Part shown: piece after piece, positions 1 through 9,239 of the stretch
Position numbering within the stretch: the first letter of the stretch is position 1
How the letters are laid out: each line of letters opens with the position of its first letter
Sequence record: PQ505130.1
Length of the DNA stretch: 49,656 nt
Direction: 5' to 3' (one strand)
From: Klebsiella phage vbKpUKJ_2
Notes under the pieces: generated by a model
The model's input: the letters and a program-made list of their open reading frames with translations, nothing else
The model's database searches: none
What the model was told of the DNA's origin: nothing
Program-made: the position numbers and the translations under genes

Positions 1-672
1 CTTGGTCAGAAGACGGCGCTTGGACGGCGGGATCACGATGTTCGTTGCGTGATGGCGGCCCAGCGTTGTTTCTTCGATCAGGTTTAGCAGGTCTTCCAGA
101 TCTTCGAACGCCTGTTCAGCCGCTGCTGCATCATCGCCCCAAGCCGCGCTGGCGGTCATGCGGTTAATGTTCGGATGGTCGAAAACGCTCACGATACCAT
201 GAGGAGCGGAGCCTTTGAACACCAGATCGTTTACGAGCGTCTCATGACCTTCGCGGGCAAGAGTTGCTTTGCGATCGCTCAGGCTGGAACCCAGCGCCGC
301 GCCAGTTTTAATTTCGTCGATGGAAATAAACCACGCGTTACCCAGGCGGAAAACTTTCCCTGACTTCTCTTTCGCCATCGCTTCAACGGTCGGAAGATCG
401 TCGGTGTAATCGGCGATAATTTTCGCAGAAGTTACGCCATCGAATTCGAGCCACTCAAAGCGGCGGGCGGTCGGTGAGATCTCGGTAGTTACCGGGAAAA
501 GCTCAAGTGCGCTGGTCTGCGGGTATGCCTGCTCATACTGGCGATTCAGTAATTGAGTCATCTGCTTAACAGTCCAGATACCGTAAGCATCCAGTTTTGC
601 GGCGTCGACGCCCATGCCCTGCATTGCGACCTTAATGGCACTCTGTTCGAATGCATCTAATTTCATAGTCAT
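1..672 (-). CDS. major capsid protein, N-terminal part (gene continues across the window end if the molecule is circular)
   Basis: Minus-strand ORF reaching the window edge. Reverse translation begins MTMKLDAFEQSAIKVAMQGMGVD, with RBS GGAG upstream of the ATG at 672. It follows the scaffold and decoration-like genes, as an HK97-fold capsid gene would. The frame is contiguous with ORF 49381..49656. Confidence 0.55.
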   Translation of the reverse strand, partial: MTMKLDAFEQSAIKVAMQGMGVDAAKLDAYGIWTVKQMTQLLNRQYEQAYPQTSALELFPVTTEISPTARRFEWLEFDGVTSAKIIADYTDDLPTVEAMAKEKSGKVFRLGNAWFISIDEIKTGAALGSSLSDRKATLAREGHETLVNDLVFKGSAPHGIVSVFDHPNINRMTASAAWGDDAAAAEQAFEDLEDLLNLIEETTLGRHHATNIVIPPSKRRLLTK

Positions 673-750
673 CTGAAAAACTCCTGTTTGTGTATTTGGC
701 TTAACGAGATGAAGAATATCACGAATCGTTAAGCCGTCAAAGGTTTTTTT

Positions 751-777
751 CTGGTGCAAAAATGGGGCCGAAGCCCC
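751..777 (-). terminator. rho-independent terminator after decoration-like gene
   Basis: Hairpin GGGGCCGAAGCCCC (764-777) followed on the minus strand by ATTTTTG. Confidence 0.5.
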
Positions 778-782
778 TTATT

Positions 783-1301
783 TTATACGCCAGCTTCGCC
801 AGTTGCAGCCGCTGGAGCAACGGCGCCCTGAAGCACCTGCACTTTCACCAGAACGGTGCCATCTGCGTTCTTGGTGTATTCGCCAGTGTGTTTGTAGCCA
901 GTTTTGATAACCCCGGCATCCCCCTTCGCTACGGCTCCGTTTGCGGTAAAGGTGGCGAAGGAACCAAAGGCGCAATCTGCTTCAGTAACAGTGTCGTCCG
1001 CTAGCGCCCAAATGCGGCCATGAGTCATAACGTTAACTGCGCTCTCATCGTCATACTTGCCTTCAGGCGAGTAGGCTTGCGAGAACTGCGCGATGCCTAC
1101 AATGACGTCGCTCGCTGCGGTTGCTGGCTTAACGACCTTGTGGCCATTGGAAACTGCGCCAGTGGAAGCCACCAGTACGCCAGCTTTGATATCGCCTTCA
1201 GCAACACAAGTGCCGTCGATATTGTAAAGTGACGTATCAGCGATCTGCCCCGCTACGGCAATATCACGCTTGCGGGAATAAGAAGCTGGAATCTGTGCCA
1301 T
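783..1301 (-). CDS. putative capsid decoration / head structural protein
   Basis: 172-aa ORF between scaffold and capsid, Gly/Ala/Val-rich beta-type composition. Call is by position only. Confidence 0.35.
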   Translation of the reverse strand: MAQIPASYSRKRDIAVAGQIADTSLYNIDGTCVAEGDIKAGVLVASTGAVSNGHKVVKPATAASDVIVGIAQFSQAYSPEGKYDDESAVNVMTHGRIWALADDTVTEADCAFGSFATFTANGAVAKGDAGVIKTGYKHTGEYTKNADGTVLVKVQVLQGAVAPAAATGEAGV

Positions 1302-1352
1302 TTTGAATCTCCTGTTTATTTTGTCTGGTAGCGGCCCGAAGGCCGCAAATTA

Positions 1353-2486
1353 TTAGCGGCGGAATTTTGCCTGCGGGTCGATGATTTCGGTGCCGTCAAG
1401 TTTCGGTAAGCCGCCTTTATCTTTCTGCTCGCCGTCTTCTTTCTTGCCAAAGACTTTCGAGCGGTTGCCAGCCATCTTATCAGAGTTGGCGATAAAGTCA
1501 AAAGAAGCGTCGATGTACGAATCTTCTTTGTCAGACAGATCACGACCGTCTACCTCTTTGATGTAAGCAACCTTCATCGCCTTAACATCCAGGCCGTCGC
1601 ACTTGACGCCAGCGGCAGAAACCACCGCGATAACTTTCTGTTTTGCGTCTTCGTCGGCTTTGATTTTAGCAACGCGGGCGGCAACTTCATCTTCAATGCC
1701 ATCAACTTTGGCCTGAAGCGCGTCACGCTCTGCGGTGATGCTAGTTACCTGACTGGTTGTCGATGCAACTTGCGCGTCGAGTTTGGCAATGTAAGCGCCT
1801 ACGTTATCGGCCACTTCAACATCTACGCCGTCAATTTTAATGATCATTGTTTTAGCTCCTTTGTGGTTTGAGTCGTCATCATAGGGGAATTCTTGTTCGC
1901 TATCAAGATTTAATTTCGCAATCCCGGCACGCCCACGGAACACAAGCGCCACATGATTTACGCGAATCTTCGTTTGCACCGCATCAAAGCGAACCCAATC
2001 AGAGACGGAATCATTTTTCATCTCTTCGAAGTTTTCCGGAAGGTCTTCATCGAAATAATATTCGCCAGTTGCGTTATTACCCCAACCTTTGCGATCGATA
2101 TCGACCGAAGTGTAGCCCACGGATAACTCAGCCGCTACGCGCTTTTTGGCTTGCTCGATTGACTCGCCGTCGTAAATCATCACCGGAACAAGAACGCCGA
2201 TCCCCTCTTCTTTGCCAGCGCCGGAACACGAGCCGACGACCAGGCCTTTTGCGTTCTGTGCGTTTACCATCTTATGACCCAAAGTGATCGGCTTGCCCTG
2301 GTATGAAGCCAGCGATTCTGCGTCAAACACCTCAGAACGCGGGCGGAACTCGACGCGCGGCCCGGTTGGCGTCTGGTACGTCTGCGCACCGATACGCGCC
2401 ACGATCGGAGTATCAACCAGAAAGCCGTTCTCGTCGAATCGGGCCTTCATCTTTACCGTGTCGAACCTTTGAACTCTTTTCATCAT
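1353..2486 (-). CDS. scaffolding protein (possibly with an N-terminal prohead protease domain)
   Basis: 377 aa. The C-terminal half is a charged coiled coil (AERDALQAKVDGIEDEVAARVAKIKADEDAKQK). It sits between the Mu-F-like gene and capsid, and overlaps upstream gene 2483..3253 by 4 nt. Confidence 0.45.
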   Translation of the reverse strand: MMKRVQRFDTVKMKARFDENGFLVDTPIVARIGAQTYQTPTGPRVEFRPRSEVFDAESLASYQGKPITLGHKMVNAQNAKGLVVGSCSGAGKEEGIGVLVPVMIYDGESIEQAKKRVAAELSVGYTSVDIDRKGWGNNATGEYYFDEDLPENFEEMKNDSVSDWVRFDAVQTKIRVNHVALVFRGRAGIAKLNLDSEQEFPYDDDSNHKGAKTMIIKIDGVDVEVADNVGAYIAKLDAQVASTTSQVTSITAERDALQAKVDGIEDEVAARVAKIKADEDAKQKVIAVVSAAGVKCDGLDVKAMKVAYIKEVDGRDLSDKEDSYIDASFDFIANSDKMAGNRSKVFGKKEDGEQKDKGGLPKLDGTEIIDPQAKFRR

Positions 2487-3253
2487 GATACCTCTACATT
2501 GTTAAAATCTGGAACCGCCCAACAACGGCAACCGTACTCTTCACCGGGGAAAATGCCGTCACCATTAACGGGGCGTCGCTTACCTTCTAGCTTGATATGG
2601 CTCTCGCGCTCGCGGTCGTCCATCATCCCAAACCAAAAGTAATGCGATACTTTAGCATCTTTTAGGCGCTGCATCATCAACATACTGTTAAAAGTTCCGA
2701 TGATTCCGCTTGCCCGGTTGCGCGACCAGCTACCATAGATAGCGTATCGACCTTCGATGATTTCATCGATCTGCTTGCGAGACTTGCCGATGTTGTTGGC
2801 GGTTCTAACTTTCGTCGTCCAGTCAGCAACGATATCGCTTGCTAACTTCCTGATCGACGCTTCGGCGGAATCCTGCCACTTTTTCAGCGATTCCTGATAC
2901 CAGTCTTCATACCCGCCAGCGCCGAATTCTTTAAGGCGCATAACTGATTCGTTGTTCCGCCCGCCAGCCGCGATCGCAATTGCAAGCCACTGTTTCGAAT
3001 TGAATCTATAGATAGTCAACCCAATGGAGGAAAGCGCCGCAATTACGGCGGAAAAGAACACGATGGCAGATTCGCTGATATCATCTTCCGCCTGGCTGAT
3101 TTCCTCCGCCGTGGCGTCAAATTTCAGACGATCTAAGCGATCGCGCATCTCGACGACAAGTTCTGTCACCGCGTCCTGCATTGAGCGGGATAAATCCCGC
3201 TCGCTTGCTTCAGGATAACGCCAGTTTGGGATTCTGCCGTTAACTTTCATCAT
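2483..3253 (-). CDS. head morphogenesis protein (Mu gpF / SPP1 gp7-like)
   Basis: 256 aa with C-terminal EEYGCRCW motif typical of Mu-F-like minor head proteins. Immediately downstream of portal. Confidence 0.5.
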   Translation of the reverse strand: MMKVNGRIPNWRYPEASERDLSRSMQDAVTELVVEMRDRLDRLKFDATAEEISQAEDDISESAIVFFSAVIAALSSIGLTIYRFNSKQWLAIAIAAGGRNNESVMRLKEFGAGGYEDWYQESLKKWQDSAEASIRKLASDIVADWTTKVRTANNIGKSRKQIDEIIEGRYAIYGSWSRNRASGIIGTFNSMLMMQRLKDAKVSHYFWFGMMDDRERESHIKLEGKRRPVNGDGIFPGEEYGCRCWAVPDFNNVEVS

Positions 3254-4550
3254 CCGCCTCCGTGTTGTTTAAGATCTCTGCGCTTTGCGTGCTGCCTGAA
3301 CCAGCGGCGCGATCCGGTAGTTTTTTCTGTTCCGGTGCGTTGCCTTTTAGCTTCAGTTCTGGAATCAACGCCGACAGAGTATCACGCGCTTCGTTGGCGT
3401 CAATAACCTGGTCGGTAACGAGGCCGCGAGCCGCGTTGGCGTTCTTCTGGAAGATATCCGCTTTCTCCGCATCGGTAGGCAGCGACAACGGTTCGAACTC
3501 GACGCTGTATTCCTCCTCCGTTACGATGAACTGTAACAGGAATTCTAACAGCGGCTTGTAATCGTCATTGCGCTTGCGGTCAACCAGTTTGTAGAACGTC
3601 TGTAGCGCCGTGTTCTGGCTTGCGCTTACGCCACCCGTATTTTTGTTTTTTAGCACGATCTCATGAATGCCTGACAGAGCAACAATCCGATCCATTTTAG
3701 CGGAAAGGAATTCAGGGATGCCAGTAATATCGGAGTTGATAACGGTATACTCTTCATCGGTAGCATCAATGCCGATCGTGTTGCCGACGCCGGAATTAGC
3801 GTCAACCTGCGCCATGCGCAACCTGGCAGCGTACTCGCCTTCTTTGTCGTCGCAGATTAGCGCCAGGCCTTTTGCCTTCCAAACGCCCTGCTGCTTGCGC
3901 TTCAGTAGCTGCGTTGCCAGATATTCCGAATAGTCGTAGTCAAGAATCGCTTCAATGAGCGACTTGTTCAGCACCGAACCACCAGCGCCATTATTTAGCT
4001 TGCGCACCTTGTTGGTTACTCGCTCGCCGTCGATGTAGTGCATACGGGTATAATGCACCTTGAACGGTTGCCCGCCGTTTAGCGGCTTCACCTCGTACAT
4101 TTTAGGCTTTCCGAATCGTGGGCTTCGTGGGCTGGTTTCCTCCTCTGCGACGGAAACGGAATCATGGTCGTAAACAACGATCGATTCAAGCGGCTTACCC
4201 CGCTTCGCTGCCGAAGTCAACGCGCGACCATCGTTAACCATCGCCAGGACGTAGGAGCCACCATACAGCCGCGCCCAGCAAAGAGCATCGGTGATTTGCG
4301 GCTCCAGATTTAACCCGTCCCATTCTGATTGAAACTTGGTGTTATCTGAAATGCCGTTTAGCTGGAAGCCGGGAGCGACCATCTCTTCCGGGATCACGTC
4401 AACGATCTTCTTCGCCATGCCGTTTTCATGATAGAACTCTTCAACCTGCGACATTGTTCCAAATCTTGCCGCGATAGACGCGAGGGTTGACGCATAACCA
4501 GCGCCACCATTAAAGATTTGATTATAGTCGTCCATCTTAATGTTATTCAT
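3240..4550 (-). CDS. portal protein
   Basis: 436 aa, directly downstream of terminase large subunit, acidic C-terminus. Position and size. Confidence 0.65.
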   Translation of the reverse strand: MNNIKMDDYNQIFNGGAGYASTLASIAARFGTMSQVEEFYHENGMAKKIVDVIPEEMVAPGFQLNGISDNTKFQSEWDGLNLEPQITDALCWARLYGGSYVLAMVNDGRALTSAAKRGKPLESIVVYDHDSVSVAEEETSPRSPRFGKPKMYEVKPLNGGQPFKVHYTRMHYIDGERVTNKVRKLNNGAGGSVLNKSLIEAILDYDYSEYLATQLLKRKQQGVWKAKGLALICDDKEGEYAARLRMAQVDANSGVGNTIGIDATDEEYTVINSDITGIPEFLSAKMDRIVALSGIHEIVLKNKNTGGVSASQNTALQTFYKLVDRKRNDDYKPLLEFLLQFIVTEEEYSVEFEPLSLPTDAEKADIFQKNANAARGLVTDQVIDANEARDTLSALIPELKLKGNAPEQKKLPDRAAGSGSTQSAEILNNTEADDES

Positions 4551-4595
4551 ATTTCAACCTTGTTTAAGTGTGGGCCGTCAGGCCCACATTATGTA

Positions 4596-6197
4596 TTAGC
4601 GACCCAGCTTTTTCAATCCCGCAAGGCGTTTCATTCGCTCCACAGGATCATCGCTAAGGTTCATTTCCAGGTTTGCGGCGTCAAACACGTTGTCGCAAAT
4701 GTCATCGTGTGGATGAGAATCGTCATATGTAAACGCGCTCATCTCCGCCTCAAGCTCTGCAACGAATGGGTGATTGTCCGGCAGCACGACACGCCCACCC
4801 TTGATGATTGGTTGCGCATCCATAGCGCGAGTGACCTTATCTTTATCGCGCTGCACCGGGACGATCTCGCCCATGCCGTTTACCGCCTTCGTTAAATCCT
4901 GGATTAGACCCGTACCGCTCGCCTTGTCTTCGATGTAGATCCGGCGAAGGTTTCCGCACTCCTTGTTTCGACGCCAGCACTGCTTGATGAATGCTTCGGC
5001 CTGCACGCGGAGATCTGGCGCTTCCCACTTGCCGCGAATACCGTCAATGAAGTAGACGCGATCCCGGTACTTGCCCCAATAGCACATTACGGAGTAGTCG
5101 TTTAGCTCCTTTACCTTCTGCGCGGTGTCCGCCGTGATGAACGTATATTCGAACTTGTCCGGGCGCGGCTCGTGAGCCTTGTCGGAATCGCCGTAATAGC
5201 GCCACCACTCCGACTTGAACACGTTTCCACCCAGGGCGATCGGCTCCTGCTGATACTGCGAAAGGAACGTATAAAGATCGGCTTCGCGTAGCGCAACCAG
5301 GTTCTCGATCGATTCGTTCTCCTCCCAAAATGACCAGTATTCCACGCCGTCAATGACCACCGACGGGCCGGAAAGCACGTCGCGTTCGAACTCAGGTCGC
5401 AACCAGTCAGGGAGTGATTCGCCATATTCCCGCGTTACCATCGCCGGGATAACAATCCGATCGAAGTCGATGGCCATCCCTCCGCTCATCATGAACCAGG
5501 TGGCATCCTGCGCGTGCAATCGCTGCTGCACGGAAAGGATTGGCGTTTCGTCGCCCTTCTTCTTCTTCGCTCGACGGGATCGAATGGTGTTCTTCAGCAG
5601 AACGTGGTTTTTCTCACGCTTCACCTTCGAGAACATGTCATCGGGTTTGTCGATATCATCCAGCGCGATGAGGCCGCTAAACCCAGGCGTCATGTACCCG
5701 CCACGCTTACCGACGATTTGTCCGCCGGACGAACGGGAGACCATTTCAAGCCTTACGCGGTCGTTATCGTCCATCACCTGGAATTCATCGATCTGCTTAC
5801 GCCCGAACTTTGATGGCCATAGCTCCTGCCACTCGCTTGATGAGAAGATCTTAATCACGCGATCCGAGTTGCCTTTTGACAGGGCGTCACCCTGCGAGAT
5901 CTGAAGGTTTCGAACCTTCCGGCATTTAAGATACGCATACGGCGCGAGGTGGATTGAAAACACCTCCGTCTTTGTGGAGCCTGGCGCAACGTTAACGATC
6001 GTGCTCTTGCGCTTCCCGGCGATAATTTCATCAACCGTGTGGCAAAAGTAGGAGTGATGCCAGTTCCACATTAGCTTTTCGCCCTGGATGATCTGGAACC
6101 AGATCTTCAGGAATAGCGAAAAGTTGCGCGTACTCAGCGCCTTAATTGCCAGCTTATCGGCTGGCGACAGGTCTTCCCAAATGATCATTTCGTTCAT
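4596..6197 (-). CDS. terminase large subunit
   Basis: 533 aa. Walker A-like VNVAPGSTKT near the N-terminus, a C-terminal nuclease-like region with acidic motifs, and start overlapping the terminase small subunit stop. Confidence 0.8.
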   Translation of the reverse strand: MNEMIIWEDLSPADKLAIKALSTRNFSLFLKIWFQIIQGEKLMWNWHHSYFCHTVDEIIAGKRKSTIVNVAPGSTKTEVFSIHLAPYAYLKCRKVRNLQISQGDALSKGNSDRVIKIFSSSEWQELWPSKFGRKQIDEFQVMDDNDRVRLEMVSRSSGGQIVGKRGGYMTPGFSGLIALDDIDKPDDMFSKVKREKNHVLLKNTIRSRRAKKKKGDETPILSVQQRLHAQDATWFMMSGGMAIDFDRIVIPAMVTREYGESLPDWLRPEFERDVLSGPSVVIDGVEYWSFWEENESIENLVALREADLYTFLSQYQQEPIALGGNVFKSEWWRYYGDSDKAHEPRPDKFEYTFITADTAQKVKELNDYSVMCYWGKYRDRVYFIDGIRGKWEAPDLRVQAEAFIKQCWRRNKECGNLRRIYIEDKASGTGLIQDLTKAVNGMGEIVPVQRDKDKVTRAMDAQPIIKGGRVVLPDNHPFVAELEAEMSAFTYDDSHPHDDICDNVFDAANLEMNLSDDPVERMKRLAGLKKLGR

Positions 6198-6206
6198 ATC
6201 TGACCC

Positions 6207-6731
6207 TTACAGCTTATCAAGAATATTGGTCACTGCCTTCTCCAGCTTCTCTTCGGTGATCTCGTTCTTATCCCCGGCGATAGCGTCGATGTTCAGCACT
6301 GGCGGCTTATCGATCCCCATCTCTTTACCGACGAAAGAAGCGTTAATCATGCCGACGGCAGCAAGCTGAAATTTCTGCTCATAGATCACGGAGTCGATGA
6401 ACTCCATGACAGGAGCGTAGTTAGGATCGTGGCGATAGCGTGTAAGCGTTGACTGGTTCACGCCGCAAAACAGACTTAACCCTGTTAGCGTAAAAATGCG
6501 CGGCTTATTCACGCCCCACTCGTTAACGTCGCCCTGAAACGTTGCCGTCTCCGCCGCCTTAATTGCGTTCTCTTCGGCCCACTGGAAGTAACGCTTTGCG
6601 ATATCAAAAAATTGTTCCGGCGTCATCTCTGCCGTGCGCCCTAGTACCACGCCGAACTCCTTTTCATATAGCGCTTTAAAGTTGCCTGCAAAGTGCGATT
6701 TCGTTACACGTTTTCTACGTTCTTCAGACAT
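6207..6731 (-). CDS. terminase small subunit
   Basis: 174 aa. HTH-like segment RIFTLTGLSLFCGVNQSTLTRY. Immediately upstream of and overlapping terminase large subunit. Confidence 0.5.
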   Translation of the reverse strand: MSEERRKRVTKSHFAGNFKALYEKEFGVVLGRTAEMTPEQFFDIAKRYFQWAEENAIKAAETATFQGDVNEWGVNKPRIFTLTGLSLFCGVNQSTLTRYRHDPNYAPVMEFIDSVIYEQKFQLAAVGMINASFVGKEMGIDKPPVLNIDAIAGDKNEITEEKLEKAVTNILDKL

Positions 6732-6781
6732 TTTATATCCTCCTTCTATGTTGATTTGCGAGTATATCAGATCGCGGGCAT

Positions 6782-6810
6782 AAAAAAACCCGCCGAAGCG
6801 GGTTCTTTTG
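6782..6810. terminator. bidirectional rho-independent terminator
   Basis: A7 then hairpin ACCCGCCGAAGCGGGT then TCTTTTG. Separates the early block from the packaging genes. Confidence 0.55.
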
Positions 6811-7074
6811 TCATATCAGTTTGTTTCGCCGATTCAGCGTCTTCTGGAGTTTCACGAAAGGCTCGCAGTCAACATACGGAAGCGGCGAAAAAGCTATTCG
6901 TTTTGCGACACCATCCGGGTCGCCAATTTTTTCCCAACGTGCTGTTTTCTTGTTGTAGAACATGGCAGCAAAAGTGCCTTCATGCACCCGCCTTGAAAGG
7001 CGCTCGACAAGATGAGCCGCGCCAACGTGATAGCCTATGAACAGCATTAAAAAAGCAATAATCAGAGTTAACAT
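6811..7074 (-). CDS. hypothetical membrane protein
   Basis: 87 aa with N-terminal hydrophobic helix MLTLIIAFLMLFIGY. Confidence 0.3.
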   Translation of the reverse strand: MLTLIIAFLMLFIGYHVGAAHLVERLSRRVHEGTFAAMFYNKKTARWEKIGDPDGVAKRIAFSPLPYVDCEPFVKLQKTLNRRNKLI

Positions 7075-7259
7075 TGATTGACTTCCCTTATGTAGTTTAT
7101 GTTGATTTTGTGCGTATCCAGATTGACGCCGGATTGCTTTTTTGCTTTCTCCACCGCGTCGGCGGTGTTGTTCGCTTCAATCGTCATGCTAAACTCTTGA
7201 ATGCAGGACTTGCAAAAGCCGCCCATTTTTCTGGCCGTGAGTATGATTTTGTACTGCAT
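7068..7259 (-). CDS. hypothetical protein
   Basis: ATG at 7259 with RBS AAGGGG. A sigma70-like promoter lies upstream. Confidence 0.35.
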   Translation of the reverse strand: MQYKIILTARKMGGFCKSCIQEFSMTIEANNTADAVEKAKKQSGVNLDTHKININYIREVNQC

Positions 7260-7335
7260 CACAACCCCTTTTGTAAATGCCCCTAACCGGGGCCAGGCTT
7301 GCGGATGTTTGCCGCCTCTTGTGTCTACGTGGTTC

Positions 7336-7364
7336 AAGTTACCCGGTCAGCGCGATTGCGTCAA
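7336..7364 (-). promoter_or_regulatory. sigma70-like promoter TTGACG-17-TAACTT
   Basis: Read on the minus strand: TTGACG (7359-7364), 17-nt spacer, TAACTT (7336-7341). Confidence 0.4.
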
Positions 7365-7391
7365 TAGGTCTCTGAATCGTTTGGCTGTTTT

Positions 7392-7649
7392 TTATTCATA
7401 CTCGCCATCCCTGCGACCGAATCGGCCTTCCAGGTAGCCAGCTATCCAGATAAACTGGCCGCGAGTAACCAGCGTGTTGATTTGCGCCCAATGTTTATCG
7501 ATCATCTTCGCGGCGACCTGATCGTAGGTCTTCTTGTCCTTCTTGATGGCGTCTTTTGTTTCTGCGGCCATCTGCTTTGCTATGCGCTTCACGGCGTTGT
7601 ACTGCGCTTCATTCAGTCCGAACATTTGGCCTTCTCCCATTCCACCCAA
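7392..7649 (-). CDS. hypothetical protein
   Basis: 85-aa ORF in the early block. Confidence 0.3.
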   Translation of the reverse strand: MGGMGEGQMFGLNEAQYNAVKRIAKQMAAETKDAIKKDKKTYDQVAAKMIDKHWAQINTLVTRGQFIWIAGYLEGRFGRRDGEYE

Positions 7650-7849
7650 GTGCCGCGAGCGATGAACACTTCAACCCGCAGCGGACTATTGAAGTTTTTG
7701 TAGATGAAGATGAACCCTTTTCTGCTATCCGTCTCCACCTGCGTAACCGGGAACGCCAGCGGCTTGATTGCGTCGACAGACTCACTCATACAGATACCCG
7801 TAATCGTTGCGCCAATCGGCATATCTTCGACTTTTGAGTATTCAGGCAT
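7613..7849 (-). CDS. hypothetical protein
   Basis: 78-aa ORF in the early block. Confidence 0.3.
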   Translation of the reverse strand: MPEYSKVEDMPIGATITGICMSESVDAIKPLAFPVTQVETDSRKGFIFIYKNFNSPLRVEVFIARGTWVEWEKAKCSD

Positions 7850-7918
7850 ATAATCGCACTCCTTAAATTTGCGCCCGCCAGAATGGCTTACAGGCGCTTT
7901 AAACGGTATTCGATTTCG

Positions 7919-8494
7919 TTAATTTTTTACGTGGTGGCAAGGTTCGCCATCTTTGACCTCACCCCACGCCCGGCGCTTGTTCCGCTCCAGCTTTTCCGCC
8001 ACCGCTTCAGCCAACTGCTCATCACTGAACCCGGCGCGGCGCGTTGCGTCCCATACCAACATGAGGATATCGGCGAACTCGCTAATGTCATCCGGCGCTT
8101 CGGCGGCCTCAATCGCTTCTTTCGCCAGGTGTTTGAGCGGCCCGACTGGCCCAACGTTGCCAAACTGGCGATCCGACCACTCCGCGTGCTGCGCCCGAAT
8201 ATTGGTGAACGGGTCGGCCTTCACTTCCGGCTCCGCCCGCAGGCATTGAAAGTCACTCCACGTCTTCGGGTTGTGCTGCATCTCACGCAGGCTCGCTAAA
8301 GCTCCGTTGATATCCATACCTTCCGGCCAGTTCACCTTGAACGCTTCAGGCTTGCGGAGATACTCGACAAGATCACCACCAAGAACGGTTTGCTGCCTAA
8401 TTGCTCGCTCTTTGGTGTCGCAGATGAGGCGGCGCGATTTGCGCCCCTCGTTGGTTCCAATTGTGTAAGTCAGTACCCAAATTTTGTTGCTCAT
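7919..8494 (-). CDS. MazG-like nucleotide pyrophosphohydrolase (dATP/dGTP diphosphohydrolase-like)
   Basis: C-terminal region EWSDRQFGNVGPVGPLKHLAKEAIEAAEAPDDISEFADILMLVWDATRRAGFSDEQLAEAV resembles all-alpha MazG/DUF550-type NTP pyrophosphatases. ATG at 8494 is ATGA-coupled to the upstream gene. Confidence 0.4.
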   Translation of the reverse strand: MSNKIWVLTYTIGTNEGRKSRRLICDTKERAIRQQTVLGGDLVEYLRKPEAFKVNWPEGMDINGALASLREMQHNPKTWSDFQCLRAEPEVKADPFTNIRAQHAEWSDRQFGNVGPVGPLKHLAKEAIEAAEAPDDISEFADILMLVWDATRRAGFSDEQLAEAVAEKLERNKRRAWGEVKDGEPCHHVKN

Positions 8495-8703
8495 TCTTCC
8501 ATAACCTCGCATTCGTCTTTGCTCACGCTGATATTGTCACCAGCCTGGATAAACTCGCTATTGCGCGGAGCGATCACACAGTAGGAGCCGTCATTGAAGT
8601 GGCCGTCGACCTCAAGAACGTCGCCGATTTTGAGGCCGCATTCTTCCAGGGTAATTGAGCCGTCGCCGTTGGTGGTGTCGATTTTGGTGATTTTGATTTT
8701 CAT
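8491..8703 (-). CDS. hypothetical protein
   Basis: 70 aa, RBS GGAG, preceded by dyad promoter cassette. Confidence 0.35.
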   Translation of the reverse strand: MKIKITKIDTTNGDGSITLEECGLKIGDVLEVDGHFNDGSYCVIAPRNSEFIQAGDNISVSKDECEVMEE

Positions 8704-8734
8704 TGCTGTAACTCCGTTTCGTTTCGATGGGGTA

Positions 8735-8778
8735 ACTATACCAGCTTACCCCTGATCGGTTTTAGCAATTCGTGCTAT
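8735..8778 (-). promoter_or_regulatory. dyad promoter cassette (TAGCA-N5-TGCTA / TTGCTA, 22-nt spacer, TATAGT)
   Basis: Minus strand reads ATAGCACGAATTGCTAAAAC, then hairpin GGGGTAA..TTACCCC, then TATAGT, then TTACCCCATCGAAAC. It is 32 nt upstream of the ATG at 8703. Confidence 0.5.
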
Positions 8779-8974
8779 TTGGCAGGCCATCCATTACTTT
8801 CAGTTTGACCCACTCGACGCGCCCCTCCATTTCTGCGATCTTGCGCTCGAATTGTGCGCTTTCCTGATACGGCCTTACCCGCCAGCGCTTACCACCTTCA
8901 TCGCACCAGTAATAGAATTTACCCCTGAATTGCACGTTGTAGGTGAAGCCGTTGTGCCACATTTTGATGTTCAT
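8762..8974 (-). CDS. hypothetical protein
   Basis: ATG at 8974 with RBS GGTGAGG. Confidence 0.35.
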   Translation of the reverse strand: MNIKMWHNGFTYNVQFRGKFYYWCDEGGKRWRVRPYQESAQFERKIAEMEGRVEWVKLKVMDGLPNSTNC

Positions 8975-8982
8975 GCGTCGCC

Positions 8983-9207
8983 TCACCACTTAAAATTTCC
9001 GGAAATGATGATGCCACCAACGGCGGAAAGTGTAATCCAGGGCCAGCAAAGCACAGGATAAAGATCTTCTTTGTCGGTAGAATCCGCAGATTTCAGGAAG
9101 GCCCGCATGAGGAAACAGCCGCACGCATACAGGGCCAGAATAAGAACCGCCAGGGCAATAACTGCGTAAATCATGATGTTTTTCCTTGTCTTTGATTGGG
9201 TTGCCAT
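8983..9207 (-). CDS. hypothetical membrane protein (two TM segments)
   Basis: Hydrophobic stretches IMIYAVIALAVLILALYACG and ITLSAVGGIIISG. Confidence 0.35.
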   Translation of the reverse strand: MATQSKTRKNIMIYAVIALAVLILALYACGCFLMRAFLKSADSTDKEDLYPVLCWPWITLSAVGGIIISGNFKW

Positions 9208-9239
9208 GAAGCAACCCCGATTCGTGTTTGTGGTTCGTG

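Noticed and set aside
175-363. Small plus-strand ORFs at 175-363, 762-1004 and 1020-1232
   Set aside because: They are embedded antisense in the capsid and decoration-like genes and have no translation signals.
5044-5904. Several ORFs of 60-180 aa on both strands inside the terminase large subunit gene
   Set aside because: Products are Arg/Ser-rich artefacts of the GC-rich coding strand and are wholly contained in a confidently assigned gene.
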